A stretch of 32,000 nucleotides of DNA from Thermoproteus tenax Kra 1 (lineage in GTDB: Archaea > Thermoproteota > Thermoprotei > Thermoproteales > Thermoproteaceae). The notes beneath the pieces were generated by a model. The model searched no databases and was not told the DNA's origin. It saw only the letters and a list, made by a program, of their open reading frames with translations. The stretch is taken from contig NC_016070.1 of NCBI RefSeq assembly GCF_000253055.1, forward strand, positions 60,001-92,000, given 5' to 3'. The first letter of the stretch is position 1. Every line of letters starts with the position of its first letter. Made by a program: the position numbers and the translations under genes. Below are positions 31,227-32,000 of the stretch, piece by piece.

Positions 31227-32000
31227 ATGAGCATTAGAGCGCCCATAGCAGTCGTAGTGGGGCACGTAGACGTGGGGAAGACCCTCCTTCTAGATAAGAT
31301 AAGGGGCACTGCTGTGGCCTACCGGGAGCCCGGCATGATAACGCAACACGTGGGGATGTCCTTCGTCCCGTGGGCGGCAGTGGAGAAGTTCGCAGGCCCT
31401 CTAGTGGATAAACTGAGGCTGAGGGGGAAGATATGGATCCCCGGCTTTCTCTTCATAGACACGCCGGGACACGCCGCTTTCTCCAACTTGAGGAAGAGGG
31501 GGGGTTCCGTGGCCGACGTGGCCGTGCTCGTCGTCGACATAACTTCGGGGCTCGAGGAACAAGGCCTTGAATCGCTCAACCTCATCAGAGCAAGAGGAGT
31601 GCCCTTCGTGATAGCGGCCAACAAGTTGGACAGAATCTATGGGTGGAAGTCGGAGCAGAATAGGCCGTTTCTCTTTTCAGTGGAACAACAAGACTGGCAC
31701 GCAGTCTCGTTGCTCGAGGAGTCCATCGGGAAGCTCATAGATCAACTGTCCAGGCTCGGCATAGAGGCGGATAGATATGATAGAGTCAGAGACTTTGCAC
31801 AACAAGTCCCTATAGTGCCCACGAGCGCCGTGACGGGCGAAGGCATAGCGGACCTACTCCTGACATTAGCCGGCATATCGCAGAGGTTTGTCTCAAAGGA
31901 GAAGCTCGCCGTCAGAGAGGGGCCCGCGAGAGGCGTTGTGATGGAGGTAAAGGAGGAGAGGGGGCTTGGCACCGTGTTGGACGCCATAATCTACGACGGA
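31227..32000 (+). CDS. infB: Translation initiation factor aIF5B (IF-2), N-terminal part; the ORF runs off the window end and is not in the ORF track
   Basis: Manual translation gives [27 protein letters not shown]...[10 protein letters not shown]...AANKLDR. These are the G1 (GHVDVGKT), G3 (DTPGH) and G4 (NKLD) motifs. Confidence 0.9.
   Translation, partial: MSIRAPIAVVVGHVDVGKTLLLDKIRGTAVAYREPGMITQHVGMSFVPWAAVEKFAGPLVDKLRLRGKIWIPGFLFIDTPGHAAFSNLRKRGGSVADVAVLVVDITSGLEEQGLESLNLIRARGVPFVIAANKLDRIYGWKSEQNRPFLFSVEQQDWHAVSLLEESIGKLIDQLSRLGIEADRYDRVRDFAQQVPIVPTSAVTGEGIADLLLTLAGISQRFVSKEKLAVREGPARGVVMEVKEERGLGTVLDAIIYDG

Noticed and set aside
1-32000. CRISPR arrays, transposases/integrases, toxin-antitoxin or other defence modules, and rRNA genes.
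   Set aside because: I saw no regularly spaced direct repeats, no DDE/tyrosine-recombinase-like ORFs and no terminal inverted repeats flanking gene blocks. The only sign of rearrangement is the ABC ATPase relic.

Overview
This looks like a compact crenarchaeal chromosome segment of Thermoproteales (Pyrobaculum/Thermoproteus) style. Evidence for that placement: GC-rich genes separated by very AT-rich spacers, TATA boxes about 20-27 nt upstream of start codons (leaderless layout), many GTG/TTG starts, overlapping stops and starts, and a tRNA with a non-canonical intron. I support about 34 protein genes, 2 tRNAs and one gene relic.

Gene content in order:
- tRNA(CAT) (cut by the window edge) and tRNA-Val.
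- A radical-SAM/SPASM enzyme, then an ECF-type transporter (S-like membrane protein, fused double ATPase, T component).
- A Pho84-like MFS transporter, and an isolated nuoB-nuoC pair.
- A GT-C glycosyltransferase, mini zinc-ribbon and membrane-protein operon.
- A Tat-exported molybdopterin oxidoreductase with FeS and NrfD subunits (Psr/Phs/Ttr-like).
- An eIF-2B-family protein, an MBL hydrolase, an amidohydrolase and TruA.
- A peptide ABC transporter, preceded by a decayed MalK-type ATPase relic.
- Dph6-like protein, a PTP, DUF72, an aldo/keto reductase, OTC, HIT, MaoC, Dph5 and the start of aIF5B.

I found no CRISPR array, transposase, integrase or recognisable defence genes.

The most unusual content is non-coding. 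Two GC-rich, ORF-poor, hairpin-dense loci (about 244-480 and about 15412-15705) look like unannotated structured RNAs. The first contains a textbook kink-turn and an RNase P CR-I-like motif, but I cannot complete a canonical RNase P fold for it. All RNA assignments are hand folds and need covariance-model and transcript checks.
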